Below are positions 12,772 to 24,715 of a stretch of DNA of 64,000 nt, piece after piece. The position numbers were made by a program, and so were the translations under genes. The DNA is from Octopus sinensis (lineage: Eukaryota), in contig NC_043016.1 of the NCBI RefSeq assembly GCF_006345805.1, forward strand, positions 10,664,001 to 10,728,000, given 5' to 3'. The notes beneath the pieces are model-generated. The model saw only the letters and a program-made list of their open reading frames with translations. It had not been told where the DNA came from and made no database searches. Every line of letters starts with the position of its first letter. Position 1 is the first letter of the stretch.

Positions 12772-13400
12772 ATCATCATCATCATCATCATCATCGTTTA
12801 CCGTCCGTTGTCCATGCTAGCATGGGTTGGACGGTTCGACCGGGGGATCTGGGGAGCCAGAAGGCTGCACCAGGCTCCAGTCTTATCTGGCAGTGTTTCT
12901 ACAGCTGGATGCCCTTCCTAACGCCAACCATTCCGTGAGTGTAGTGGGTGCTTTTTACGTGCCACCTGCACAGGTGCCAGGCGAGGCTGGCAACGGCCAC
13001 GGTCGGATTGGTGTATTTTATGTGCCACCGGCACGGAAGCCAGACGAGGCGGAGCTGGCATCGGCCACGAGTCGGATAGTGCTTTTTACGTACCACCAGA
13101 CCAGGGATCCTGGCTGGTTCAATTCGATTTCAATTTCGCTTGCCCCAACATGTCTTCGCAAGCAAGGGGGTTGGCATGGGTGCCTGTCGTACGGTCAGAT
13201 TGGTGTATTTTACGTGCCACCGGCACGGAAGACAGTGGAGGCGGCGCTGGCATCGGCCACGAGTCGGATAGTGCTTTTTACGTACCACCAGACCAGGGAT
13301 CCTGGCTGGTTCAATTCGATTTCGCTTGCCCCAACATGTCTTCGCAAGCAAGGGGGTTGGCATGGGTGCCTGTCGTACGGTCAGATTGGTGTATTTATAT
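12772..13400 (-). mobile_element. RTE-tailed repeat (family C) with internal ~190-bp tandem duplication
   Basis: (GAT)n tail and AGGGCATCCAGCTGTAGAAAC motif shared with the RTE 3' end at 36050-36962. Other copies at 11545-11715, 13975-14145, 18012-18440, 19610-19770, 23720-23950, 25367-25620, 33100-33280, 35835-36010, 38085-38300, 54690-55130. Confidence 0.85.
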
Positions 13401-15131
13401 AACTTATAAAATAAGGACAAAAGAAAAATTCTAATGCCAAATATGCCGAAAAAAAGACAAAATTGTCAATAACCATTATAATTTATGCGTCTCGAAACAA
13501 GCCGATAGGAATTTCTAAAAAATCCATTATTACCGTATTGGTCCCAATTTCGGGGTTAATTCATAAGAATTTTCCCCTCTTCAGCGATAAATACGTAAGA
13601 CATAAATAGAATACTTACTCATACCCATGGATAAATCATGTTATATATATATATATTTCTGTGTAAGTTAGATGTTAAGAAGCTATCTAAGGGATATTAA
13701 ATATCCAATATACTACTGGATGTGTACCTACGTATTTATAACCAAGTGTTTACTATTGCATGGCAATATCACAGTTGAATATTGGGTATGGGTGGGGGTA
13801 AATTAGGAATTTACCCAGGATTTATAAGGAAAATAAGAAAATGGAGAGGATATACAATCGACAAACATCAGCCAGTAAACCTTCAATTATATCTTTTTAT
13901 TAAATGATTACAAACATGTGTAAGTGATCCAAGTAAACGAATGAAATAAACCAATAAATACGTAAACAGATATTATCATCATCATCATCATCATCATCAT
14001 TTAGCATCCGCTTTCCATGCTAGCATGGGTTGGACGGTTCAACTGGGGTCTGGGAAGCCAGAAGGCTGCACCAGGCCCAGTCTGATCTGGCAGTGTTTCT
14101 ACGGCTGGATGCCCTTCCTAACGCCAACCACTCTGTGAGTGTAGCTATATATATGTACATATACATACATTATATATATAAATGTATGTATATGTGTATT
14201 CACACTTGCCTCCTCATTTTCATATTGCATGATAGTTGTAAATGAGCATCAGTGTCATACAAGCGACATCGTTTGTTTCCAGTTGTCCATGTTTGCTCAT
14301 GGCGATATATTTCCTTCCTTGGAAACAAGTGAGTGCTGGCAATAGGTGGGGCAAGTAGCCATAGAAAATCTACCTCAGTGAGATCTGGCTGACCCATGAA
14401 AGCATGGAAAAGTGGACAGTAAAATGACCAATATATATATGTGTTTATGCATGTGTTTACATATGATACAGCTGTGAGTATATAAGGCTTACACACACAC
14501 ACATACATGAAAGGCTCTGTGAAGCACAACACATGGCCAACCATCAAGCCCAGTAGTGAGTTCCGCACTCTAGTCCATTATCCAATGTATTACAGTGCAG
14601 CACATCAACCTTGTGAGATTGTAGTTTGTGGAATTCAAACCAAATAATAGAAATAATAATAACTTAACAGAAAACAGTTCTTTATAGGACATGCATGTGT
14701 TTCAGAAAATGCCATAGTAATTATACATAAAGTTGGTAGAAACATTATGCAATCTTGCCCTTCACTTCATCAGTGTTTTGCAATAACTACAGTTATCAGA
14801 TGTTAAAAGCTCCAAACATATACATTTTTTTTTCCATTATGCAAGTCATCAATAATCTTGCATGTCACAATATTTCAGAAGACAGAAAAAAAAAAACATA
14901 TCATAGATGCTATGCCTCTCTCAAATGTGAGTAGGAGTAATGAAAGAGAAAAAAACGCCTGTTCCTCTGGTCCCTACATGACAGCCAGCCATAGGCTGAT
15001 TTACAACTGGGACTTAATGACCCTTTGCTATGGGTGTGGCCTGTTCCTTTTTTTTTCTTTTTTTTTAAGGTCCATACTTGAATTTGAGAGAGTTGTAGCA
15101 TCATTCATACATCCATGATATGATTTTTCTG

Positions 15132-15183
15132 TTATCTCTTGTGTGACATGCTAGGTTGTTGATAATTTACAGTGATAAGGTGT
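15132..15183 (-). CDS. Predicted terminal exon 10 (LHLITVNYQQPSMSHKR*)
   Basis: Acceptor tacatttataaacag|; phase 2 frame runs to TAA, followed by non-repetitive UTR-like sequence. Confidence 0.45.
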
Positions 15184-16432
15184 CTGTTTATAAATGTAGC
15201 ATTTAACATTTGTTTATATTTATTGCTGAACACTGATAAGTTGAAGTGCAAGATTGTATAATATTTCTACAATTGTTAAGCAATTTTTACAGGATTTTGC
15301 TGAAATGTGTGTACATTTTATAAAACATTCAATACCATACCTGTTTTCTGCTTAGATCGATAGATAGATAGACAAATACAGATATATCAAATACCATGCA
15401 ACATAAATTCCTGATTTATTGAAATTATCTCCATCTAAAGAATATCATAATTACCAAATGCTAATTTAGATCAGCTCCATATGAGAAAGGGAGATGATTT
15501 TCTGAATCAAGAATTCTCCAAAGATGACATGCCATCAAGGAAAAGGACAGGGTTATTGTCTGGAAATAAGGGAATGCTTGTGTTTCTGCCTCAATATGCA
15601 TCATTAGCACAACAACTCCAGTAATCAAACGATTTAAACATAGACAACAACAAAAAAAAATCACATTTATGATTGTAGTAAAAAAGAAAATTAACCCAGG
15701 ATGGCCAGTTGAAGTTGTTTTACATATGTATAATAATGTATACATACATATTTGTTTATATGCATGTATACATACATATGTATATGTATGTATATATCTG
15801 TGAAGATGACTTTTTTCTGTCAAAACGCTAAAAATAACTGACCAACAAAAAAAAGACAAAATTCCACCAAGTAAAAAAATAAACCCAAATACTAAGCAAA
15901 CAAAGATGAACCATCCCACTTCCATTGCACGTGCACACACATTCACACACACACACACACACACGCTCATTCACATACCCCCCTTTTACATACACACATA
16001 TATTCAGAGTTGAAACACTGTTTGATTTATTTTCTTCAGCGTACAGTTTTCATCATTCCACTACCAAATATGACATCACTCCTTCCTTCTTTATTCATCT
16101 ATCACCCCTTCCTTTCTCATTCATAAACACAAGAGTATTATTATAGTAGATTATCTTGGTAATCATGGGAGCTATGAAAAAATACAATGCACAGCAACAC
16201 CACCAGATCATTCTACACATCTGTGTAATTTTTCATGCAATTCCACCCAGCCGTTTGACTGTGAATCCCAAAACAAGAAAGAATTGTCCATGTCAAAATT
16301 ATATGTATGATACACACACACACACACACACCACAAATAAGAATGGTATTTAACATTACATTAAACAAGTTACAGAATTTAAACAGAAATACAACGAAGG
16401 AATAGACAGAAAATTCATACACAAGACAGGAT

Positions 16433-16712
16433 GCCCATGGGCATATGGTGTAGCAGTTAAGAGCGCAGGCTACTAACCCCAAGATTCCAAGTTTGATTCC
16501 AAGCAGTGACCTGAACAATAACAACAACAATAATGATAATAATAATATCTAAAAATACCTTAGGAATGAGAACCCAGGTTCGAAATTTCCCCAAGACACC
16601 TGATGAAGACCGGAAGGTATATCAGCTGAAACGTGTTAACAACAAACATGATGAGGAGAAATATCCATCAAATGTAAATAATGTACATAATTCCTCATCT
16701 CTTAAATATAGA
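16433..16712 (+). mobile_element. tRNA-headed retroelement with (AAT)n spacer and hammerhead-ribozyme-like 3' part
   Basis: A box TGGTGTAGCAG and B box AGTTTGATTCC; CTGATGA at 16600-16606 and GAAA at 16628-16631; 12-bp TSD ACAAGACAGGAT (16421-16432, 16713-16724). Confidence 0.85.
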
Positions 16713-16765
16713 ACAAGACAGGATATTGCTCATTCCTTGTCAGTTTTTATCCAAATGATTCTTAC

Positions 16766-16825
16766 AATTTCATGCCTTTAATGATAATATTGTCCACTTC
16801 TGGTGCCATCAGCAGTGAAAAGCTG
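16766..16825 (-). CDS. Predicted exon 9 (SSFSLLMAPEVDNIIIKGMK), NAGNAG acceptor
   Basis: Strong pyrimidine tract ctcttctccctgtcc…ttattcccag|cag| and donor ATT|gtaaga; phase 2 to 2. Confidence 0.6.
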
Positions 16826-16928
16826 CTGGGAATAACAAGCGAACATTGAGGACAGGGAGAAGAGCAAATGCAAATATGCAAACTATTTACTAATTTTGAG
16901 TTTGCGTCCCTTTACTTTAAAGGTTCTG

Positions 16929-17515
16929 TATAGGAGTGGCTGTGTGGTAAATAGCTTGCTTACTAACTACATGGTTCCAGGTTCAATCCTACTGCTGCAT
17001 GGCACCTTGGGCAAGTGTCTTCTACTATAGCCTTGGGCCGACCACTGCCTTGTGAGTGGATTTGGTAGATGGAAACTGAAAGAAGCCCATTGTATGTATA
17101 TATATATATATACCGGAGTAAACACATAAATGTGAAACAAGGTGGAAAAAAGAGTACTCAAATACCAGTGGTAGAGTAATATGCTTTATTTAAAGCAGCA
17201 GAAAATTCAACAAAACCTGTTACTCTGAGTTTCACGTTGCGGAACGGCAACGTGAACTCAGAGTAATAGATTTTGTTGAATTTCTGCTGCTTTAAATAAA
17301 GCATATATATATATATATATTTATATGTGTGTGTGTATGTTTGCGTGTCTGTATTTGTCCCCTCAACATCGCTTGACAACCAATGTTAGTGTGTTTACAT
17401 CCCAATAACTTAGTGGTTTGGCAAAAGAGACCGAAAGAATAAGTACTAGGCTTACAAAGAATAAGTCGTAGGGTCAATTTGTTTGGCTTAAAGGCGGTGC
17501 TCCAAACAGAGGTTT
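16929..17515 (+). mobile_element. SINE family A (CORE-like, GGAGTGGCTGTGTGGTAAG…CTGAAACAAGTAAAAGAG), interrupted by a hairpin insert
   Basis: tRNA-like head and GCACCTTGGGCAAGTG core. More than 20 copies or fragments occur in both orientations, e.g. 21251-21645, 22140-22520, 24795-25235, 32181-32582, 35120-35530, 41950-42340, 47500-47900, 55440-55885, 57772-58172, 61662-62290. Confidence 0.85.
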
Positions 17516-20210
17516 TCCAAGGCACAATGTGTATTCAACAATCAAAAAGATAAATAATACAACCCAGTTCTGTGAATCCTTACTGGTTGAGATTAATTGG
17601 TTCAACCATGTTGAAGATTGATTGAGGCCTATGCATTTTCTATGCCACCAAATGTGGTAAATGATTAGTGCCAAACTGCATCTTCGTAACTGTCGAGGAA
17701 TCGTTGACATATGAATACAAACGAGGATGTACTTGTTGATAACAAGTTCAACTCTATCTGGTTTTATGTGAACCTAATCTAGAAACTATGTGAACTGTCA
17801 TCTTGCAAACAAGGCCAAAATCATTAATAATTTGGTCAAACTACTTTTTAGGACAGAATATGGTCTATTATCAATCATGCTGTCTTTCAATCAATATTCA
17901 GAGTGGTGAGAATTATGAGTAACAAAGTGTCTGAATGCACGATTTCACTTTTTGTTTTTGACTTTGATGAGAGAGTTAATGTGCCTCTGGGGTCATGGTT
18001 TTAGTGGTGCAGATCATCATCATCGTCAATTAATGTCTGTTTTCCCATGCTGGCATGGGTTGGACGGTTTGACTGAGGGCTGGTGAGCCAGAAGGCTGCA
18101 CCAAACCCCAATCCTATCTGGCAAAGTTTCTGCAGCTGGATGCCCTTTCTAACGCTAACCACTCTGAGAGTGTACTGGGTGCTTTTTCCATGCCACCAGC
18201 ACAGGACCAGTCAGCCAGCACTGGTATCAGCCATGCTCGAATGATGCTTTTTACGTGCCACCAGCATGAGGGCCAGTCAGGCAGCACTGGAAACTACCAT
18301 GCTCAAATGGTGCTTTTTATGTGCCACCAGCATGGGACCAGTCAGCCGGTACTGGCATCAGCCATGCTTGAATGGTGCTTTTTACATGCCACTGGCACAG
18401 GTGCCAGACAGGTGGTACTGTCATCGGCCATGGTACTGGTTGTAATTCAATCTGTTATCATCATGGCAATATATTGATATTTAAACTGAAACCAAGTCTT
18501 AGGTATCAGTGCAAAATCTGCTCTGGTGGTAACCAACATGAAATCCTATAATTTTAGGAAATAAATTCAGTTTGTGAGTTTCTTTGGATTAACCATTTTG
18601 TTACTATATTTCTCACAAAATAATACATTGTTTTTGTTTTTAATTTTGAAAATAATGAATTTAATTAAATAACTTCATTATTAATAATCTGGCAAAGACA
18701 GCAAGCTGGCAGAATTGCTAGCACACCAGGTGAACTGTTTAGCGCTTATCCTCTGGCAGAAACACCAGGCGAAATGCTTAACGGTATTTCGTCTGCCGCT
18801 ACGTTCAGAGTTCAAATTCCGCCGAGGTCGACTTTGCCTTTCATCCTTTCGGGGTCAATAAATTAAGTACCAGTTACGCACTGGGGTCGATATAATCGAC
18901 TTAATCCGTTTGTCTGTCCTTGTTTGTTCCCTCTGTGTTTAGCCCCTTGTGGGTAGTAAAGAAATAGGTATTTCATCTGTCTTTACATTCTGAGTTCAAA
19001 ATCTGATGCCACCACCATCAACGCCTTTGACTTCGCTGCCTTCCCCTCCACCACCATCACCACTGTCTTTCACATCGCTTATTATCATCGTCATCCCTGC
19101 CCACCTCAGCTACCACCACCACCACCATCATCATCACCGTTGCCTCCACCTCCATCACAACTACAGCTCAAACTATTACTATCACCCAATTACCATCTCA
19201 ACTGTCAATCTACTACCACCCTCACTGTCTCTATGCCTACTATTACTCTCAGCCCAACATGAGGAATAGTAGAAGTGTCATTGAGCAGTGAGAGAGGGGG
19301 TCAAAGTGGGACACACTGACACACAGAAATTTTTTTTGGTATTTACTATTATCGATTGTTCATTCCTTTGTGTCCTTACTTCTTGAAAGTGTAAAGTTTG
19401 CTGTATTGCTTTAACCCTTTAGCATTTATACTGGCTATATTCAGCCAAAATATTGCACCTGTTTTATGTTCAAACTGGCCAGATCTGGCCTCTCAGACCT
19501 CTCCTACAATATCATTCTAACGATTAACAGTTACTGCATCAAAAGCTCAAGGCTACAAGATAATGCATAATTAATTCAAAACAATGTGAATAAATAGGCA
19601 TTGCATTAGTCCACTCTGCTGGGTGGTTGATGTTAGGAAGGGCATCCACCCATAAAAACCATACCAAAACAGCTATAGAAGTCTGGTTCAGGCTTCTGCC
19701 TGGCCGGCTCCTGTAAAAACCATCCAACCCATGCCAGCATGGAAGGCAGACGTTAAATGATGATGATGCATTTGATAGAATAATGTGGATGCTAAAAGGC
19801 TAAAACAGAGCTTTCCAAACATTTCAAATCGGTGACACAATTTTTAAAAACAAAATTTTTCTTTATACCCCCTATTTCAGTTTTGTTTACAATTACATAT
19901 TATGTCATATGTCACTAATTATGTATAACTGTCATCAAAGAGTTGTCACTTATCAAAAATAATTCACTGCCAAACATTGGTGAAAATTTGACCCACTATC
20001 AGGGCACATGATGTACAGTTGGAAACCTTTTGCTGCTCCATAGCATATTGTCTATTCTGATAAGAACTAATCTTTGAATGTTAGAGATTTAATCCTTATC
20101 ATACATAAGATTTCAGTGTCACTAACATATGGATCTACCTGCAAAACCCTCAGCAGAAAGCTCTTACCAAATATATAGAGTGTCAAATACCAAAGCAGTT
20201 CTATATTTAA

Positions 20211-20432
20211 CCCTTTTGTTACCATATTTCTGTTGAGATGCTCTGTGTTTCTTTCAATTAATTTAAAATATAACAAAGAATTTAGTAAAATAACTTAGTT
20301 ATCATTAAGCTAGTGTTAGGAACATAAATTGTGACTAAGGTTTGGTGGAAGATTTTAATAGAAAACTTTTGAAAACCAGACATTTGTACTACAGAGCCAG
20401 AGGTGGGTTTGGCCGGGTTGGTATCAAAAGGG
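20211..20432. mobile_element. piggyBac-type MITE
   Basis: TTAA on both sides; TIRs CCCTTTTGTTACCA / TGGTATCAAAAGGG. Confidence 0.8.
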
Positions 20433-20436
20433 TTAA

Positions 20437-20750
20437 TGAGGAATTATATACATTATTTACAATTGACGGATATTCGTCCTCATTTTGTTTGTAGTTAACA
20501 CATTTCGGCTGATACACCCTCCAGCCTTCATCAGGTGTCTTGGGGAAATTTTGAACCTAGGTTCTCATTCCTAAAGTATTTTTTGATGTTATTATTATTA
20601 TTATTATTATTATAATCATCATCATTATTGTTATTATTATTATCATTATTATTACTATTACTATTATTCAGGTTACTAATTGGAATTGAACTCGGAATCT
20701 TGGGGTTAGTTGCCTGTGCTCTTAACCACTATGCCATATGCCCACGGGCA
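20437..20750 (-). mobile_element. Second copy of the tRNA-head + hammerhead element
   Basis: Minus strand: TGGCATAGTGG…GAGTTCAATTCC, (AAT)n, then GACAC-CTGATGA-A-GGCTG(gagggtgtat)CAGCC-GAAA-TGTGTT; cleavage triplet deleted. Confidence 0.85.
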
Positions 20751-22520
20751 TATTTTTGTTGCGTCTTGCAACCTTTTCAATCGTTTTGATTAGACAAAAC
20801 TATTGAAAAGGTTGCAAGACGCAATGAAAATTTTAGGACAATAAAAATAAGAAATAAGTGGAAATTTTACCAGTGAGTGTGTTAAACAATAAGGCACAAA
20901 AAGAAAATGACTCTCCCCAGACACAACAGAATACGTATATTGTTATATTGTTATATATATATTGTTATATTTGGGGAGGGTCTTTTTTTAAAAAAAATAT
21001 ACACATGCACTATGTATTCATTCTCTCTTTTACTCTCTTTTACTTGTTTCAGTCATTTGACTCCGGCCATGCTGGAGCACTGTTTTTGTATTCGAGCAAA
21101 TCAACCCCAGAGTTTATTCTTTGTAAGCCCTCTACTTATTCTATCGGTCTCTTTTGCCGAACTGCTAAGTTACGGGAACATAAACACACCATGATCAGTT
21201 GTTAAGTGATGCTGGGAGGACAAACAGATACACACTCATACATCTATGAGTAGGAGTGGCTGTGTGGTAAGTAGCTTGCTTACCAACCACATGTTCCCAG
21301 GTTCAGTCCCACTGCATGCCACCTGGGGCAAGTGTCTTCTACTATAGCCTTGGGCCGACCAAAGCCTTGCGAGTGGATTTGGTAGACGGAAACTGAAAGA
21401 AGCCCGTCGTATATATGTAAATATATATGTATGTGTGTGTTTATGTGTCTGCGTTTGTCCTTCCAACATCGCTTGACAACTGATGCTGGTGTGTTTACGT
21501 CCCCATAACTTAGCGGTTCAGCAAAAGAGGCCGATAGAATAAGTACTAGGCTTCCAAAGAATAAGTCCTGGGGGCGATTTGCTGACTAAAGGCGGTGCTC
21601 CAGCATGGCCACAATCAAATGACTGAAACAAGTAAAAGAGTAAAGTGTATATATATATATATATATATACTTATACTACAGGCTTCTTCCAGTTTCCGTC
21701 TACCAAATCCACTCACAAGGCTTTGGTCAACCTGAAGCTATAGTAGAAGGTGCCACACAGTGGGACTGAATCCAGGACCATGTGGTTGGTAAGCAAGCTA
21801 CTTACCATGCACTTCTTATTTTAACTCGTGTCCATTGTCCTGAAATCTTTCGTCACACATCTGTGACCTCTTCAGCAACACTTTTCATTTTCATCTGTGC
21901 TTTATTCACTCCATTCTGGAGCAAGTGGAGCAAGAGCACATATGAAAACAAAAAGTGTCACTGAAGAGGTCACAGATGTGTGACAAAGGATTTCTGGACA
22001 ATAAGTGAAGAACTATGTCTTTATTTGGCAAAAAAATGAAAAATGACCATCTCAAAATACAACAATATCTGTTTCAACACATATTTTCACATCAGGAATC
22101 TTGCAACACAAATTCATAAATGTGTGTATATATATATACTCTTTTTTACTCTTTTACTTGTTTCAGTCATTTGACTGCAGCCATGCTGGAGCACCGCCTT
22201 TAGTCAAGCAAATCGACCCCAGGACTTATTCTTTGTACTTATTCTTTCGGATTCTTTTGCCGAACCACTAAGTTACAGGGATGTAAACACATCAGCATCG
22301 GTTGTCAAGCAATGTTGGGGGGACAAACACAGACACACAAACACATATATATACATATATATAAGACGGGCTTCTTTCAGTTTCCATCTACCAAATCCAC
22401 TCACAAGGCTTTGTTCGGCCCAGGCTATAGTAGAAGACACTTGCCCAAGGTGCCACGCAGTGGGACTGAACCCAGAACATGTGGCTGGTAAGCAAGCTAC
22501 TACCACACAGCCACTCTGCA

Positions 22521-22568
<48 letters not shown>

Positions 22569-22598
22569 ACATATATAATATATATATATATATTATAG

Positions 22599-22630
<32 letters not shown>

Positions 22631-22896
22631 AATGTATATGTATATGTGTGTATATATATATATGTATATACATATATATATAAATAAATGAAAGAATGGA
22701 GTTGAACGACGAATTAACAAAATTCCTTTATTTTATTTTCGACATGCCCTAGGCATGTAGCTTCAACTGTGTTTTCTGACGTGAATTTGCTACCCAGGTA
22801 TCGGTTAACCGAATTATCCATAATAAGATAATTCATTCAACTACTCAATTATTATATATATATATATATAAATGTATATGTATATGTGTGTATATG

Positions 22897-22927
<31 letters not shown>

Positions 22928-22935
22928 AATATATA

Positions 22936-23455
22936 TATTTCGCGGGGTTCCACTTTCCCTTCTCTCTCTCCCTCTTTTACGTTGTCTGCCATCCCCCCTC
23001 TTCCTTTGCTAGAGCATTTTTAAGCCAGTCGAAAAATTGCTTATTATTATTATTATTATTATTATTATATTATTATTATATACTATTTCAGCTTCGCCTT
23101 GTATTGCATATTATTTCTCCATACAGGGGTTTTTTCAATGGCGGCCCATTTTCGCGGGGTTCCACTATTTCCCTTCTCTCTCTCCCTCTTTTACGTTGTC
23201 TGCCATCCCCCCTCTTCCTTGCTAAGAGCCATTTTAAGCCAGTCGAAATTGCTTATTATTATTATATTATTATTATTATATTATTATTATTATTACTATT
23301 CAGCTTCGCCTTGTATTGCATATTATTTCTCCATACAGGGGTTTTTTCAATGGCGGCCATTTTCGGGGGGTTCCTATTCCCTTCTCTCTCTCCCTCTTTT
23401 ACGTGTCTCTGCCATCCCCCCTCTTCCTTTGCTAAGAGCATTTTTAAGCCAGCCC
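22936..23455. repeat. Local tandem triplication of a ~200-bp unit
   Basis: Unit (TTA)n-CAGCTTCGCCTTGTATTGC…AAGCCAG at about 22936, 23041 and 23251; copies differ mainly by homopolymer indels. Confidence 0.8.
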
Positions 23456-23981
23456 GTCATATTCCCGGTGCACCCGCCCTTGCCCCCCCACCACCAATAC
23501 CGGATATCTCTATATTTTTGCTCCATCTATACCGGATGTCGCTTCTCCCACCACCATTATAGGTGTCTACTCTTCGAACCCCCCTCTTCAATACGCTATT
23601 TGACCATGCATTACCCTCTCTTGATATCCTACGTTCTACTTGCCTAGAACCTGTCATCATTTCTCTGAAACACCCCCTCCCCACTGGTGCTCCCCCTATA
23701 TTCTCCCCCCCCCCCACATAAAAAGCACCATCCGAACGTGGCCGATGCCAGACCCCTCTGGCACCTGTGCAGGTGGCACGTAAAAAACACCCACTACATC
23801 GCGGAGTGGTTGGCGTTAGGAAGGGCATCCAGCTGTAGAAACACTGCCAGACTAGACTGGAGCCTGGGGCAGTCCCGAGCTCCCCAGACCCCGGTCGAAA
23901 CCGTCCAACCCGTGCTAGCGCGGAAAACGGACGTTAAATGATGATGATATATATATATATATATATGTATATGTATATGTG

Positions 23982-24032
<51 letters not shown>

Positions 24033-24084
24033 CATCATCATCATCATCATCATTTAACATCCGTTCTCCATGCTAGCATGGGTT

Positions 24085-24147
<63 letters not shown>

Positions 24148-24326
24148 TGTATATATATAAATCACTTTACAGATTGTTGTTTAAAATTGATTTTTAACAT
24201 TAGTACAAGTATCCATATTATGAAGTGGTTGCTGGTGTGTATAACCAATTAAACCAATCCCAGTAATTAGTCTGTTGCTTATGCTGTTATTATTGATCTC
24301 TGAAGGATGAAGAGCAAAAATCAAAC

Positions 24327-24420
24327 CTCGAAGCAGACAGTTCTTTGATAGGAAATGTACAGCGGCAGTGGTGCATCTTTGTCTTGGTAACAAGAACCAA
24401 TTGTTCCGCCTGCTGAGTTT
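24327..24420 (-). CDS. Predicted exon 8 (KTQQAEQLVLVTKTKMHHCRCTFPIKELSAS)
   Basis: Acceptor ttaattctgcaaacag| and donor GAG|gtttga; 94 nt, phase 1 to 2. Confidence 0.55.
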
Positions 24421-24670
24421 CTGTTTGCAGAATTAACATGAAAGTAGCTGAGTATTCCATAGACACATATTCTCACTCTTAATACAGTTCTCAGAGTGAA
24501 TCAACATGGCTGGATCTTCGAATTACAATTGTGGCCTAATAGAGACAACAACAACAAGAAGAAAAACATTCCTATTATTAGGCTATTACTGTATTTTTAT
24601 TAGCATCCTAAAGATTAAAATAAATTTATCATTTCCTGTTTGAAGCTCTGATGAAACTGTAAGGTGTTAC

Positions 24671-24715
24671 TCAGGCACCCAACAAGGAGTTCACTGCATC
24701 TTACAGTGGAAACGA
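24671..24715 (-). CDS. Predicted exon 7 (VSTVRCSELLVGCL)
   Basis: Acceptor cattagcttacag| and donor TGA|gtaaca; 45 nt, open only in phase 1. Confidence 0.5.

Noticed and set aside
14910-15104. Minus-strand 64-aa ORF and the overlapping frame ending DLKKKEKKRNRPHP*
   Set aside because: Poor acceptor context and phase incompatible with exon 9; it lies downstream of the predicted stop at 15132 and is treated as 3' UTR.
16433-16510. Possible tRNA gene
   Set aside because: It is a SINE head with no acceptor-stem closure, continues into repeat sequence and is bounded by TSDs; the same applies to all A/B-box heads in the window.
17560-17960. Very degenerate mariner-like segment on the minus strand
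   Set aside because: Only faint motif similarity (RLGSHK, RFLDSYED), no TIRs found; not listed as a feature.
20100-20150. Minus-strand mini-exon VDPYVSDTEIL
   Set aside because: Phase does not fit between exons 8 and 9, which already join in frame.
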